From the NCBI GenBank assembly GCA_027448785.1, contig DAIDMW010000001.1, forward strand, positions 1,668 through 65,667: a DNA stretch of 64,000 nucleotides, in the 5' to 3' direction. Position numbers and translations under genes: made by a program. How positions within the stretch are numbered: the stretch's first letter is position 1; each line of letters begins with the position of its first letter. Source of the stretch: Candidatus Colwellbacteria bacterium (GTDB lineage Bacteria > Patescibacteriota > Minisyncoccia > UBA6257 > Colwellbacteraceae). Positions 62,164 through 64,000 of this stretch are shown piece after piece. The notes beneath the pieces were generated by a model. It did no database searches, had not been told where the DNA came from, and was given only the letters and a program-made list of their open reading frames with translations.

Positions 62164-63755
62164 GTGCCGGTGGTGTAATTAACGATCTCGTCGCCGGCTT
62201 TCAGCCCGGAGATGACCTCCTCCGTTCCGTCGGAGCCTGTCAATCCGGTAGTGATTAAGGTCTTGGTTGGAGCGGTGGAGGTCGAGCGCAGCAAAACGAA
62301 GCTCCGCCCGTTCTCTAAGATTACCGAGCGCTGCGGAATTATCAGGACGTTGTTCTTGGCGGCGGTTATGATGTCAATATTCGCCGTCATTCCAGACTTG
62401 ACCGGCTGTGGCTGGGCGAGGAATTTCAGCGCGACTTTATAAGTCGGCACGCCCTCTATTATCGTTTCTCCCGGGTCGATGGAAATGACTTCTGACTTGA
62501 AGTTAACCGCGTCGCCGTATGCGTCTAAGGTGACATCGGCCTGGTTGCCGACAGCGACTTTGGCGATGTCCGAGTCGGCCACGTAGGTTTCTATCTGGAA
62601 ATTATTTTTGGAGATAACGGTAAAAGCCGGAGAGTTGGCGGTGACCGTTTCGCCTACCTTTATGTTTTTTGCGGTGACTACTCCGTCGATCGGCGAATAA
62701 ACCGTCGCCTTAGTTATCTGATCTTGATAAAGTTTTACGCTAGCTTGTGCTTGGGCGACCTGCGCTTCCGCGGCAGCGATGCTTGAGGTCGTGGCCGAAG
62801 CTTCTGTGAGCGACAGCTCTTTATTCGCCAGATTCAAGCTGGAAACTGCGGAAGCATAGGCGGATTGCGCAGCCGAGAGGGAATCGATTGCGTCGGAAAC
62901 CTCGAAGCGAGCAGCCGAAATATCGCTTTGCCACGATGAGAGGGTGGCGGACGAGACGGATCCGGCCGGCGTCGCTTCGTTCGCCGCCTCAGCCGCCGAG
63001 GTGAGAAAATCGCTGATCTGATTTAAATAATCCAGGGAGGAGCTGGCGGCGGCAGCTAAGCCACTGCCGGTCGTTTGCTCCGCGTTGCCCGCCGACCAGT
63101 TATTTAAAATGCTCTGAATAGATTGTCTTTCGCTGAGTAGCGAGAATTGCAGTTGCTGGTCGCTCACGGTTATCAGCAGCTGCGGATTGTTGCTGGTCGG
63201 ATTAGCAAAGATCTCGTCAGTTTTGTTGCGCACCGCGTCGTTGGCCGAGACGTAAGCGTTTTGGATCGAGTTAAGAAGAGTTTGCGAGGTGCCGGCTAGC
63301 GAGGTTTGGGCGTTCTGTACCTCGGCTTGCTTTACGCCTATCTCCTGCGGAGTGGAACCGGAAATCAAGCTGGCCAAGTTGGCTTTCTGGATCTGCAGGT
63401 TCGCCTCGGCTTGGGCGAGGTTGGCCTGGAGCGAGGAGGTGTCGAGGCTGGCCAGCGCCTGTCCGGCAGAGACGTTTTGTCCAACTTCTGCTGCGATGCT
63501 GGCGACCTGGCCGTTTTGTGTGAATGCAAGATCGACGCTGTGAGCGGCGACAACTTGTCCAGTGACGCTGACGGTTTGTATAATATTTCCCCGCTGCACC
63601 GAGATATAGCTGTAGGGAGACTGGGGTTTCGGCCAGAAAATATAGGCAGCGGCGCCGATGACGGCGGCTGCGGCGAAATATATCAGAAACTTACTGGCCA
63701 GCGCGCTTTTTACGCTCCAGTTAGGCATCGTACACATTATAATATAATCGACCAA
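62160..63755 (-). CDS. periplasmic adaptor (HlyD/MacA-like membrane fusion protein)
   Basis: N-terminal TM, long Q/A/S-rich coiled-coil, beta-barrel and C-terminal domain (MTANIDIITAAKNNVLIIPQRSV). The three genes overlap by 4 nt, forming an operon. Confidence 0.7.
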   Translation of the reverse strand: MVDYIIMCTMPNWSVKSALASKFLIYFAAAAVIGAAAYIFWPKPQSPYSYISVQRGNIIQTVSVTGQVVAAHSVDLAFTQNGQVASIAAEVGQNVSAGQALASLDTSSLQANLAQAEANLQIQKANLASLISGSTPQEIGVKQAEVQNAQTSLAGTSQTLLNSIQNAYVSANDAVRNKTDEIFANPTSNNPQLLITVSDQQLQFSLLSERQSIQSILNNWSAGNAEQTTGSGLAAAASSSLDYLNQISDFLTSAAEAANEATPAGSVSSATLSSWQSDISAARFEVSDAIDSLSAAQSAYASAVSSLNLANKELSLTEASATTSSIAAAEAQVAQAQASVKLYQDQITKATVYSPIDGVVTAKNIKVGETVTANSPAFTVISKNNFQIETYVADSDIAKVAVGNQADVTLDAYGDAVNFKSEVISIDPGETIIEGVPTYKVALKFLAQPQPVKSGMTANIDIITAAKNNVLIIPQRSVILENGRSFVLLRSTSTAPTKTLITTGLTGSDGTEEVISGLKAGDEIVNYTTGT

Positions 63756-63834
63756 TATTAATCTGTTAGTAAGTGCTAATCTAGGTTATTATTCGAACAA
63801 TGGACGATAAAAGACAAAGTAAAATCTAAAACAA

Positions 63835-64000
63835 TGGATCTAAAAATTATTAAAGAAAAAACCGCATTGGTAGTGATTGATTTGCAGAAGGGGATAGTCG
63901 GCCGCCCTTGTTTTCCGCATTCAGCGGAAGAAGTGGTCAATAACGCTTCTAAATTAGCCGCTGCTTTTCGCAAAAATCAGATGCCGGTGTTTCTGGTCCG
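63835..64000 (+). CDS. isochorismatase-family hydrolase, N-terminal fragment (continues past window)
   Basis: MDLKIIKEKTALVVIDLQKGIV is the characteristic isochorismatase N-terminus. Confidence 0.45.

Overview
This 64 kb window is a gene-dense bacterial chromosome segment. My inference is that it comes from a streamlined, possibly episymbiotic lineage such as Candidate Phyla Radiation (CPR)/Patescibacteria. The basis is a divergent 16S rRNA gene with primer-site mismatches and no linked 23S, domain-minimal translation factors, a type IV pilus locus, and many small ORFs. Standard genetic code applies, since TGA terminates rarA and rnhB. Supported features include the translation genes infB, rbfA, rplY, prfA, rpmE, rpsU, pth, hisS, thrS, gatB and miaA, one tRNA-Cys, and a lone 16S rRNA gene. 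There is a split transketolase with rpe, fba and a PfkB kinase. A hisS-hit-rpsU-ybeY-ftsA-ftsZ cluster is present. A type IV pilus locus runs from a CheY-like regulator through three major pilins, a possible prepilin peptidase, PilB, PilC, minor pilins, a fused PilM/PilN and a WAWNDNIGW-repeat secreted protein. A metal/redox cluster holds a P-type ATPase, NRAMP, a VKOR/DsbB-like protein and a His-rich DsbA. The window also carries gyrB, secE-nusG-rplK, dnaE, rnhB and a MacAB-like efflux system. Four things stand out. (1) A family of at least 13 composite palindromic intergenic repeat elements, built from GCGCAAA(A/G)CTAAAAGC-type units plus a long AT-rich hairpin module. They are confined to 6.5-35.5 kb, sit in nearly every intergenic gap there, and sometimes encode C-terminal tails of proteins. 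(2) The 16S 3' tail lacks the CCUCC anti-Shine-Dalgarno sequence, and about 90% of start codons here have no SD; several -10 boxes abut ATGs, suggesting leaderless or short-leader mRNAs. (3) A tandemly duplicated two-gene module encodes secreted proteins with a phage-tail-fibre-like N-domain, each followed by a large Cys/Ser/Gly-rich protein with a MopE-like DxDxDG...DCND motif. (4) A perfect 4x24-bp tandem repeat is inserted in-frame in the IF-2 G domain. Also noted are an RF1 lacking domain 1 and an unannotated 41-aa Lys/Ala-rich histone-H1-like ORF with a consensus promoter and terminator.
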